Shown here one piece after another: positions 1 to 9,818 of a stretch of DNA of 64,000 nucleotides (position 1 is its first letter; the number at the start of each line of letters is the position of its first letter). The notes beneath the pieces were generated by a model, which did not search any database, was not told the origin of the DNA, and saw only the letters and a program-made list of their open reading frames with translations. The stretch comes from Monocercomonoides exilis PA203 (lineage: Eukaryota; Protista; Preaxostyla): NCBI GenBank assembly GCA_001643675.2, contig LSRY02000021.1, positions 806,001-870,000 of the forward strand. Direction: 5' to 3'. Both the position numbers and the translations under genes were made by a program.

Positions 1-1376
1 CCGACGTCAGCCCTGCCGAGTCCAAAGGCGAGTAGTTCACTCTGCCCCGCCCGCACAGCGCATCGTGCATCGCCAGCTCCATCTTCAGATCTTTGATTTC
101 TCTCTGAAGCCTCTTGATTGTCTCCGCCCCGTCGGCGCCTTCGCCCAGCTGCATGCGGACGACAGCCTCATTCTCCACCTTCATCATCCGCTCTCCAAAG
201 CGCAGCGACGACAGCGTCTCCTCTTTGTTCTCTTCTTCGCAGCGGATGTTTGTGATCAGCACTGTTCGGCAGCTTCCCCCCAGGGAGTTTCTCAAATACT
301 GCGTCAGCTTGGACGACCGGTATGGAATGTGGTCTCTTCTCTTGTCCCCCAGCGCGACAATCACCTGCTGCAAGTACGACAGCGACTTGTTGATTGAGCC
401 CGTTTCGCGGATTGTCGCCTCGCTTTCCGTCCTGTCGGGCGCTCTGCCCAACTTTTCAGACCCAGCCAAGTCAACAAGTGTAATGCTAGAAGCTTTTGTA
501 ATGCCTCTGCTGTCCACCCTTGATTTCATTTCAAGAGCGATTGTAAGGACGCAATGGGAACGCGATGAGTTATGTCCCGAAGTTGATGAAGAAGTCATGG
601 ATGATGGTGCAGAATGTGAATTTGAAAAAGATTTGATTGATCTCTGTCCATTTCCAGCAAAAAATAGCTGAAGTGCTTCCTCTTCAGTTGTTACAATAGG
701 CTTGCTGATTCCTCGAACAAAAACATTTCCTAAATAATAAAATTTACTTTCAATAAGTATTTATCACTTCAAAAACAACAAAATACCATCTGAAGCTTCC
801 ATAACTTGAGGATCCCCGAAGTACTCATCATCTGGATTTGGAGGTACAACACCAGATATTAAATCTCTTATCACTTCATTATATATTTCGAAATATATTA
901 TCCTAACTGTAACTTCGATGTCAGAGCGACTTTCGATTTCTCGAAAAACTTCAGTGATGGCTCGTGGAATGATACCTCTATATTCAAAAGAGTCTTCACT
1001 CCCAACCATTGTGTAAGTCTTTCCTGCTCCTGTTTGACCATATGCCATGATTGTGCCTATTAACCATATGCGAAAGGATGAATATCAAAAATTGTTAAAA
1101 ATTGGAAAAAAAAAATTGAAAACCGTTATATCCTTCAAAAGCCGAAGAAATCACAGGCTTACAACACGTACTGAAAACATTCTCTTGAGTGGAATTGTGA
1201 AGAATTCCCGAGTAGATAAATGGATATCGATCAATAGTTGTTCTCAGATTTGCATCTTTCTTTGCTCCCCTGAAGACTAAATCTATTTCGCTATTTTCTT
1301 GATTTATTATAATGGATTCCGTTGCAAATGCATTTGTAGGTCGAGTTCTTGCGTAGACTTTGATAGTTTCTTTCAT
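1..1376 (-). CDS. Kinesin motor protein, probably kinesin-9 (KIF6/KIF9-like); 5' part only, 2 introns (~1059-1123, ~730-786), runs off the window start
   Basis: Spliced minus-strand translation gives IKVYARTRP, GYN|GTIMAYGQTGAGKTYTM (P-loop), YFEIYNE, SSRSH (switch I), LVDLAGSE (switch II), HIPYRSSKLT and LGGSCRT. The subfamily call is from recall only. Confidence 0.93.
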
Positions 1377-1863
1377 AACTTTTGAACGGCTATGAAAAAT
1401 ATGATGGGAAAATCATAAAAAACCAATGGAAAACGAATAAAAAAGAAAAAATGAATTGGAAAAAAATGAAAAAAACGTCATTAGTTTTACTCAAAAATCT
1501 CATTATTTTATTTTCTGACAATTTTAATCATTTTTTCATCAATTAAAGAAATTGAATAATTTTTTTTTCTTTGACTTATTTCTAACTTAAGTTGGAATAT
1601 AGAAAATAACCCTGGATGACGTGAAAATTTTTTCTTTATGTCCGTCACAAATTTTCTACTATTTCATTTAAAAAAAACATGTGATTGAATAGGAATATTT
1701 GCTTCCTTTTCAGTCTGGCTTTCACGCTAAAAACTTGGCTCTGTATTCGATTATTTTCTATAATTATCATCTTTTCGGTTATATGTTCCTCAAAAACATC
1801 GGGGTTTCTTCATTTTTCGTCATAAACAATAAAAACTTTTACGTTGATTATTTCTCAACTCAT

Positions 1864-4800
1864 TCAGTTGCGAGTGTTTTGGCTGCTGAATAATATTATT
1901 TCTGAGGAGGCCAAAGATCCAGTCTGCTCCACTTCTGAGTTTTCCTGTGACCCTTCTTGGTAGGTGACTGCATCGGACATGGTGAGGATCACAGCTCCTG
2001 CTGGAAATCTTTGGATGAATTCTCGTTTCAAATCGCTCAGTGTTGGCCTTGCTTCTTGCTTCTCGTTCACTGTCAATTTGACCAATTCACAAAAAGAAGA
2101 GTCGCGAACTGCAGCCATGTCTGGTCTTTCTCCATTCACAATCTTCTGTCCAGCTATTTCAGCCTCATACTCTCCAAACGGGATCTGTAGTGTCAGACAC
2201 TCCCACAGCATCATCCCGATCGAGAATGAAACTGACTCCTTGGTTGCTCCCATCTTCTTGTTGATTAGCAGCTCTGGCGCCTTCCACCTCAAACACTCCT
2301 TCCTGTTGTCGTCATCGTTCTCAAAAGCTGAAGAAGGAAGAGAGTCTTCATCATCATCACTGGTAGATGTCGCAACTGTTGATGAAGAGATGGATGATGA
2401 ATCAGAATCATCTGAAGAGAAGTCAGAGTGCATCACAATGCAGATGACCATATGCTCTGAGAATAAAACAACGTGTGGACTTAGATTGGCAAGTGAAGAG
2501 AGTGGATTTTCCATTTCATCAAACGAGTGAAGCGCGAGATTTGCCACCCAGAACAGGATTTGTGCAGCTGTCTGTTCCCTCTCCTGCAGAGTGCCAATTG
2601 CCATCTCCTTTGTCTTGTTTCTTCCATGAAGCAGCATGAACAGTGAATCCCTCAGATCCACAATCAGCTTCTCATGTGGCGATGAACAGGCCATCGCATC
2701 CACCAGATTAGACATGGATGAGGTGGTTGGACACAGACTCTCTGATCGAACAAATGTGGATTCTGTGTCTGAAGTGTCTGTGGTTGAAGTGGATGAAATG
2801 GATGGTGAAGGTGTTCTTTTTCTGGTCCCTTCTTCTTCTTCTTTCTCATCAACCTTTTCAAACATCCATTGAGGGATCTTGTCTGAGTCTCTCCCCAGGA
2901 TGTATTCAGTTGATCCGCTCTCACTCAGCAAATGCTCTGATGACTCTGAGTGTCCCAAGCTATTCTCATACACCCTTTTCTTTATCCTCTCTTCGTTCTT
3001 CTTCTCAGCTTCCCTCTCAGCTCTCCTCCACTGCTCTTCAGGAGACATCTCCATTGTCACCATCTCAAATGCTTTGGGATCCTTCTTCACTGTGTCATTC
3101 ACAATTTCTTGCAATTCTTCATTTCTTTCCTTCACTTTCCTCCACCGAACAACAAACAAAATAAATCCTATCAGAACAATTAATAATACAACAATAAGCA
3201 CAATAACAATAATAGGCCAAAATGATTTTTCTTTCATTCCTCCTTCAACAATCTTTTCTTCTCCACTAGTTTGTGTTTCACTTCTGTTTTTCAAAACAAA
3301 AGATTCTGTTGTCGATAGATTTGAAACATGTCCAAACAATATGCACACAGCCACTTCTGCTTCTGTTGGAGCAGAGCTTATCAAAGACGAATCAATCTTA
3401 CCATGGACTTCTTCCTCAGAAACAAACTCATCTTCCGCAAAAGCGTGAGTCTCGATTGAGCTGACATTGTTTATTTTTGACACAATCTGGAATCCCAGAT
3501 TGCATGGCAGAAGAAGCGTCCCTCTGAAAGTCAGTTCAACTGTATCCTCTTTTTGAGTTGTTTCAACTGACTTCAGCGTTGGAATGAAGAACTCGGATGA
3601 TCTTTCAGCAGCAATACCTGACAATTCACACCCTTCATTCAATATCCACAGCGATGTGTTTGGCATCGACCCATCTCCTCCTTTCAAGCCGGAAATATCA
3701 AAAAATGCAGAGTTAGAGCAATGCATATTTCTTCTTGTTGATGGGTAATTTTCAATCTCTGGATTATTATTTAGAAACTCTCCTTTATCGATCATTAGAC
3801 TTCCTCCATTCAAAGAAAGCCCACCTCTCACAGTGTTTTTTACTGTTGTTTCCTTGATTTTGGCTGAACATTCACATAATTCAACAATAGAGTTATTCCA
3901 CTTACATATATAATTTGAAATTCCATTCTTCTCTTTGCTTTCATCATTTTTAGTCAATCCATCAAATAAACATAATTCAATGACAATATCTTTCTGCATT
4001 GAGAAACTTGCACAAAAGCCATTTTCTATTGAAGAATAACTTTTAGAAAACGAACAATTGATCATCGATAATTGATTGAAAGATTCTGAACTATCTTTTA
4101 CAGACATTACGGAATCTTTTGAAGAAAGAATGTTGATATCTTCAAACAGTAATGATGAAAGTTTGTTATGTGATTTTTGATATTCATTATTCATTTTTCC
4201 ATGTGAGTATAACTGAATGCAATTGCCATCAGTAATATTTATATCAGAAAGGACAGAGTTTGCTAAAACGATATTTTGCCAAGATACTACAGAAATGAAG
4301 TGATTTGCCGCACATACATGGAAAGCATTAATATTTTCCCCGAATATCGTTGCATCTTTGGATTTCACAACGTTTGTACACGTTATTGTTGTGCAGTTAA
4401 CATCATTCATACAAATTGATGCCATTCCATAGAAAATAAGAAGCGAATTGGACAGTTTCAAATTACAAAAGTTAACTCTTGTCAGCTCGAAATTCCCACA
4501 TTCAACTGTTATCACAGAAGAATTAATCAGCAGTTTTGAAGACATTCCTTTTATTTCACAAAATGAAATCTTGAATGTTCCATTTTGTTGGAGAATGAGA
4601 TTATCATGAGAGAAAGAAAACCCATTTTCGAACAGAAAATTTATACGTTCAAACGTAACTGTGTCGAAAATTTTTATCAAATTTGAATTATCACTTCGCT
4701 TTGTTATTGTGGAGTTCAACAGAACATTAGCATATTCTGAAAAATTCAAACTTTTGATGACAATATCATGTGCACTTCCCGAAGAATTCATTTCCACGCT

Positions 4801-7800
4801 CTCGCATATCATAAGTTGGCTGAAACTCGAAGGCAATATATGTTCCAATCCATTTCCCAGTGTTTTGCATGGCTTTTCTTGACTTCCACACAATTTTGAT
4901 CCAGTTTCATCAGATACTTTCCCTGACACAAATATCAGTTCATTTCGATAAAAAAAAATATATTTCATCAAATCGATGTCTTTTTGGGGTTGAATCGAAT
5001 CAACTCCCCAAATTGAATTCGTTTGATTGTATGGCGGCTCTCGAAAGTCCATGAAAAACTGAGTTTCATCAATTTGCAATTCAATTGAAATACATTTAAT
5101 AAACATATCTTTCCCCACTACTGCAACATTATCTTTGAATGATATATTTTTCAAATTAAAAGGAAGAAGAATAGATTCGGAACCGACATAATTCAGAAAC
5201 ATTCCTCCTCCTTTCCCATTTATTGCTGTGCATGCTTCAAACCTTGAGCAATTCATTTGTAACTTTCCAGAATAACCAAGTGAAAACATTATGGTTCCAC
5301 CTTGTTCAGAATAATCTGCATGGCACCTATCTATTGTTGAATTGTTTATACAAAGACTCATTGTCGAATCTCTGCAATCATGACTTAAGAAGCTTTGAGA
5401 ACTTGTTGTTTGCTTTAAATATGAAACTTCACAAGAATCAATTTGAACAGAGAATTTTTTTTCATTCGAATTTGCGATAATAGTGTTTGAGCCTAAAATA
5501 ATTGGTGATGATGCAAAATTCAAAGATGAAACAGAACACTGTTTCATATATAAGTACCCATCCTCCAAACAAATAAGTGAATAGCAAATTGGATCTAACA
5601 AAGCATTTTTCACCGAGCATTCAATCAGCTTCAACAATGATTCTTTAACTGCAGACAAAAATAGAATCGAGTGCCCATTAACAAAAGATGAAGGAACAGA
5701 AAATACAATATTCAAGCAGGATAATGAATCAATCTCAATTACATTATCCTTCGTCTTTGCAATCGTTGGCTTGAATTCTATTTTATCGAAACTTTCTCCA
5801 ATACCTTCAATAATCGCTGATTTCAACTCAAGTTCAGATTGAATTAACGCTTCAGAATCAACATAGATAAACTTTTCATCAAAACTTGTTGTTTTTCGGA
5901 TGCCATAATCAATCGTTCTACAAAGAAGTATTGAACGTCCACATCCAATTGAGTCATATCCAATTGCAGATGACACTAGAATTTCTGAAGATGTGTATTC
6001 AACCAAGAAAAATTTGAGATCAATTCCTTCTCTGAAAGTACTATCGCTTCCAACAAAAGAATTAGAGTTATTGGCAAATGGAGATAAATCAATAGAAAAC
6101 GATTCTTGACAAACAGAATCATTCAGCAGTGAACAATTAAAAAATACGTTCTCTCCTTTCCATGCAACATTGTTTGAGAACAGTAAATCTTTCAGTTTCA
6201 GATTATTTGGACTTGTTTCATCGCTGAACAAGTGGAGAAATCCTCCTTTACCCAAAAGAGATGAGCATGCACAATTTGTAACAGAGATTGAATTATTAAT
6301 AATAAGTGAACTAAGTTCGGTTAATACAATGTTTGCAACCCCTCCTTTCAAGCAGTTTTTCGAGCTGCACTTACAAATCACACCTCCTTGTATTTCAACG
6401 TTCCTGTTGACTGAATTGGGAACATATATCAAACAAGATAAATCTGAATCACATTCAAGCCGGGAAAAATTGCATCTTCTTATTGTTAGTGCCTTTATCA
6501 AATTTCTTGCTGATGTTTCGTGAAAGCTGAATTCATTAATTAAATTTCCAGAGTTGAAATGAAAATTTTTAAAAGTTGTATCACTTATTTCAACAGTCAG
6601 AACTGAAGATGTTATCGCAATCATGTTTTCGTTTGTTGTTGCTTGTGTAAAAGAAGCAAATGAGCATCCGCTTATGAAGAAACTACCAGATTGAATATTA
6701 ACTAGTGAAAATGCCAATTGCTCTTCTAAAACGATAGTGAATCCACATCTATTTATATATAGACTTCCATCAGTCGAAGTCAGAAGGGTTTTTATGCCTG
6801 CTAATTCCGATGAGACGTTGAATTCTATTCTCTCCAACAGCACATCCTTGCAAGTTTCAATTATTCGATCTTCTCTTCCGATCATATTTGATTGAAAAGA
6901 AATATTGCATAAAGAATCTATGGTTATTGGCTTCACACTTGTATTGTTTATTGTTATTGGAGAGTCTATTTCACAACTCTCTTCTATCATGATATATTTG
7001 TTATTATCAGAGTCAGTCAAATGAGTCAAACCCAATGCCAAAGTTTGGCACATCCAATCATTCATTCCACAAAATGAAGTGTCATTTCCAAATTTTCCAT
7101 TCACAAAAATTGTTTCACTACAAAATCCATTTACAAAAATTAACAAATTAACATCTTCTGTTGTGAAATTGAGTATGTCGCACCCAAATAAAGATTTCGA
7201 ATTATCCGTGACAATTTCTGCAAAGGACAAAAACGCTTGATTCACAATTGTTGGAAGAGAATTACATTCAAGATAGAAATCACAACCAACTGATGCATAA
7301 TTGTCTGAAAATCGGAGTTTTTCCATTTCTGGTAACTGTTCAACATTTTCTGTCATCAAAAATATCGCTCCTCCCTTTCCATTAATTTTATTTGCCGAAC
7401 AACAAGCGAAGGAAGAACAGTTAATGCAAACAGATGATAAATGCAGATGTATCAACGAAATCACTCCGCCTTTTTTTGAACAAGATGTGCAATTAAAAAA
7501 TGAACATTCAGATATTTTTAAAGAAAAGGGAATCGAAGATTGATGGAAAACATAAAAACTTGAACAATCATAAGAAGTGCCAAACGAAGTGATGTTGCAC
7601 TTTGAAAGAGTCACAACACCACCACTCACTTCAAAGAGTGAATTTGCTGGTAACATCAACGAAGGTCCTTGCAATAGAAGATTTTCACATGTTACTCTAC
7701 CGTTCTCTCCTTCGCTTTTTACAAACAGTGCAAAAGAAATTGCATTTGAAAAATCAAAGCACATCTTAGACACAGTTATCGATGAGTTGATTGCATTGAA

Positions 7801-9639
7801 CACCGAGGTTCCATGTTCAATTGAAACGATTTCCATTTTTGTGGTATTTGCACTTTTTCCTTCAATGTGAAATTCTCTTTCGTTTAAGTGGATTCCATTT
7901 AATGGAAATGCAGTATGATTTCCATCTAGAAAAATTACTTTTGTTACAGTCTGCATTAGCAAATTTTCAAAAGCAAACTCGAGTGTTTTGCAACCAAAAA
8001 GTTCAGTCAAACCACACCAATCGAAATCCCTTCCTGACTCGCTGTCGATAAATCTCTGAAGAGGACATGAATCAACCCAGTTGCTGACATCATCATTATT
8101 ATCGTTCCAGATTCGCCGACTTTCTCTTGATGAAAATGAATACTCAAACGGTTTAATTGAATAATCACCTCGACCAATAGAGTAATAAACATCATGCCCA
8201 AAGTTATCTGCTTCTGCATTATTACCATGAAAAAAGCAGAAATGGATAAAAGGAGCTTTGCTAACCATCCATCCCATTCCATGCATCCAGTGACCTCCTC
8301 CCTTTTGTCCTTTATTACAAATCCATGCACAATTGGATATATTGTATTTGTCAGATGTCAAATACCAACTAGATCCACCTCCATTTCCCTTTGCAATACC
8401 GTTTCTAAAAGAAGTGTTAACCATCAATAATGGATCAGAACTCTCTCCATATCTTACATCCATACCACCACCATCACTGACTTTTGCTTCATTTGATTCA
8501 AAAATGCAATTCATCACAGTCATTCCTCTTGAACCATTCCAAGCTGATGCTCCTCCTCCTTCAAAAGAAGAAAATGCATAACAATTTCTCACACATGTTT
8601 CATTAACGATCCCAATCGTTAAATATGAAAAAAAGAAAGCCCCGCCTTTCCCTGTTGTATGGCAGTTTGAAAATAAACTCTTCTTTATCAAAACAACAGT
8701 TCCTTCCCCAACAATATTCAGAGCACCTCCGAATTCTGAACCTCCATCACAATCAACAAATTCGTCGCCATCAAATGTTTGCTCGGACTTTTGTTCAATT
8801 CTTATTGAAATACGTTCATTTGAAGTGTGGTGAGAATTGGAGAAATAACTATTATTAAAGGAATCAAATTTTCTTATAAAGGGTAAATTCACGTTAGAAA
8901 TGATACCTCCATATAGAACATCCTCGACATTTGAAAAAGACGAGGAAGACATTCTCGTTGTTGTGTACTCATCTGAATTACAACTTGAAAAGAAATTTGA
9001 GCGCATTATTTGAAACGTCACATTAGAAAAATAGATGTCGGTCATGACGGTTGTGGAGAAGAGTTCCAAAGAAATAAATGGAGAGGACTTCAATAACAGA
9101 GAAGAAAATGAAGAGGATGATATTTCAAGAAATCTTTTGTGTTCTCCGAACTTTTTTGTCTTTGAAGATAACACAAACAACGAAGGAGCAATATAATTTG
9201 CGCTTGTAAGTTTAAATGTCAAATTCTGAATGGTTGTTTTCCCGTCTTCACACATAAACAACTCCGAGCTATTTTCTCTTATGAACACTGTACAAGAACT
9301 TATGGAAAAGTTTGAACGGAGAAAAGAAAGAGAAAGGCTGTTTGAATTGCGAGCCTCCAGCAACAGCTCTCTTATCTCTAGTGAAGAATTGAGAATCAAA
9401 AACTTTGAGGATACAAAACAATTTTCTTGAGTTTCTCGATGGGCTGTCCAAAAATCCTTTGAAGCTATTCTTCCGTCCGTTACACATTCATTGAAAAATG
9501 ATACACCTTTTCTTTGAAAAGAAACCGTTTTGTCGAACGAAAAAACGGAAGTATCGACATGACAAAGTTGAACAGAAAATGCAACGTTTATCAACACCAA
9601 AAATGTGATATATAAATGCATATATTTAATAAATTGCAA
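1864..9639 (-). CDS. Large single-pass surface protein: signal peptide, Cys-rich beta-helix/Pmp-like GGA repeats, TM helix, acidic/Ser-rich tail and a degenerate protein-kinase C-lobe
   Basis: 2591-aa uninterrupted ORF (likely ATG at MHLYITF). Hydrophobic N-terminus, repeated GGA[IFL]/GKGG and CG-x4-5-C-x-T motifs, TM segment WPIIVIVLIVVLLIVLIGFILFVV. C-terminal LRWKAPE...SFSIGMMLWECLTLQIPF...GERP matches kinase subdomains VIII-XI. Confidence 0.85.
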   Translation of the reverse strand: MQFIKYMHLYITFLVLINVAFSVQLCHVDTSVFSFDKTVSFQRKGVSFFNECVTDGRIASKDFWTAHRETQENCFVSSKFLILNSSLEIRELLLEARNSNSLSLSFLRSNFSISSCTVFIRENSSELFMCEDGKTTIQNLTFKLTSANYIAPSLFVLSSKTKKFGEHKRFLEISSSSFSSLLLKSSPFISLELFSTTVMTDIYFSNVTFQIMRSNFFSSCNSDEYTTTRMSSSSFSNVEDVLYGGIISNVNLPFIRKFDSFNNSYFSNSHHTSNERISIRIEQKSEQTFDGDEFVDCDGGSEFGGALNIVGEGTVVLIKKSLFSNCHTTGKGGAFFFSYLTIGIVNETCVRNCYAFSSFEGGGASAWNGSRGMTVMNCIFESNEAKVSDGGGMDVRYGESSDPLLMVNTSFRNGIAKGNGGGSSWYLTSDKYNISNCAWICNKGQKGGGHWMHGMGWMVSKAPFIHFCFFHGNNAEADNFGHDVYYSIGRGDYSIKPFEYSFSSRESRRIWNDNNDDVSNWVDSCPLQRFIDSESGRDFDWCGLTELFGCKTLEFAFENLLMQTVTKVIFLDGNHTAFPLNGIHLNEREFHIEGKSANTTKMEIVSIEHGTSVFNAINSSITVSKMCFDFSNAISFALFVKSEGENGRVTCENLLLQGPSLMLPANSLFEVSGGVVTLSKCNITSFGTSYDCSSFYVFHQSSIPFSLKISECSFFNCTSCSKKGGVISLIHLHLSSVCINCSSFACCSANKINGKGGAIFLMTENVEQLPEMEKLRFSDNYASVGCDFYLECNSLPTIVNQAFLSFAEIVTDNSKSLFGCDILNFTTEDVNLLIFVNGFCSETIFVNGKFGNDTSFCGMNDWMCQTLALGLTHLTDSDNNKYIMIEESCEIDSPITINNTSVKPITIDSLCNISFQSNMIGREDRIIETCKDVLLERIEFNVSSELAGIKTLLTSTDGSLYINRCGFTIVLEEQLAFSLVNIQSGSFFISGCSFASFTQATTNENMIAITSSVLTVEISDTTFKNFHFNSGNLINEFSFHETSARNLIKALTIRRCNFSRLECDSDLSCLIYVPNSVNRNVEIQGGVICKCSSKNCLKGGVANIVLTELSSLIINNSISVTNCACSSLLGKGGFLHLFSDETSPNNLKLKDLLFSNNVAWKGENVFFNCSLLNDSVCQESFSIDLSPFANNSNSFVGSDSTFREGIDLKFFLVEYTSSEILVSSAIGYDSIGCGRSILLCRTIDYGIRKTTSFDEKFIYVDSEALIQSELELKSAIIEGIGESFDKIEFKPTIAKTKDNVIEIDSLSCLNIVFSVPSSFVNGHSILFLSAVKESLLKLIECSVKNALLDPICYSLICLEDGYLYMKQCSVSSLNFASSPIILGSNTIIANSNEKKFSVQIDSCEVSYLKQTTSSQSFLSHDCRDSTMSLCINNSTIDRCHADYSEQGGTIMFSLGYSGKLQMNCSRFEACTAINGKGGGMFLNYVGSESILLPFNLKNISFKDNVAVVGKDMFIKCISIELQIDETQFFMDFREPPYNQTNSIWGVDSIQPQKDIDLMKYIFFYRNELIFVSGKVSDETGSKLCGSQEKPCKTLGNGLEHILPSSFSQLMICESVEMNSSGSAHDIVIKSLNFSEYANVLLNSTITKRSDNSNLIKIFDTVTFERINFLFENGFSFSHDNLILQQNGTFKISFCEIKGMSSKLLINSSVITVECGNFELTRVNFCNLKLSNSLLIFYGMASICMNDVNCTTITCTNVVKSKDATIFGENINAFHVCAANHFISVVSWQNIVLANSVLSDINITDGNCIQLYSHGKMNNEYQKSHNKLSSLLFEDINILSSKDSVMSVKDSSESFNQLSMINCSFSKSYSSIENGFCASFSMQKDIVIELCLFDGLTKNDESKEKNGISNYICKWNNSIVELCECSAKIKETTVKNTVRGGLSLNGGSLMIDKGEFLNNNPEIENYPSTRRNMHCSNSAFFDISGLKGGDGSMPNTSLWILNEGCELSGIAAERSSEFFIPTLKSVETTQKEDTVELTFRGTLLLPCNLGFQIVSKINNVSSIETHAFAEDEFVSEEEVHGKIDSSLISSAPTEAEVAVCILFGHVSNLSTTESFVLKNRSETQTSGEEKIVEGGMKEKSFWPIIVIVLIVVLLIVLIGFILFVVRWRKVKERNEELQEIVNDTVKKDPKAFEMVTMEMSPEEQWRRAEREAEKKNEERIKKRVYENSLGHSESSEHLLSESGSTEYILGRDSDKIPQWMFEKVDEKEEEEGTRKRTPSPSISSTSTTDTSDTESTFVRSESLCPTTSSMSNLVDAMACSSPHEKLIVDLRDSLFMLLHGRNKTKEMAIGTLQEREQTAAQILFWVANLALHSFDEMENPLSSLANLSPHVVLFSEHMVICIVMHSDFSSDDSDSSSISSSTVATSTSDDDEDSLPSSAFENDDDNRKECLRWKAPELLINKKMGATKESVSFSIGMMLWECLTLQIPFGEYEAEIAGQKIVNGERPDMAAVRDSSFCELVKLTVNEKQEARPTLSDLKREFIQRFPAGAVILTMSDAVTYQEGSQENSEVEQTGSLASSEIILFSSQNTRN

Positions 9640-9818
9640 GCAAATTCAGATGCCTTTTTGATCTAGATCAGATTCCTATAATAAATATGAATAAACCCAT
9701 AAGAATTAAATTGAAGTTGTTCATCTTTATTCTTCATTAAAAACACACAAAATTCAATACAAATGCGAAAAATAGATACAACAAGTTCGTAGAATGCAAC
9801 GTTTGTGAAACTGCAGCA

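Noticed and set aside
65-671. Plus-strand ORFs of 110 and 185 aa
   Set aside because: Antisense shadows of the kinesin exon.
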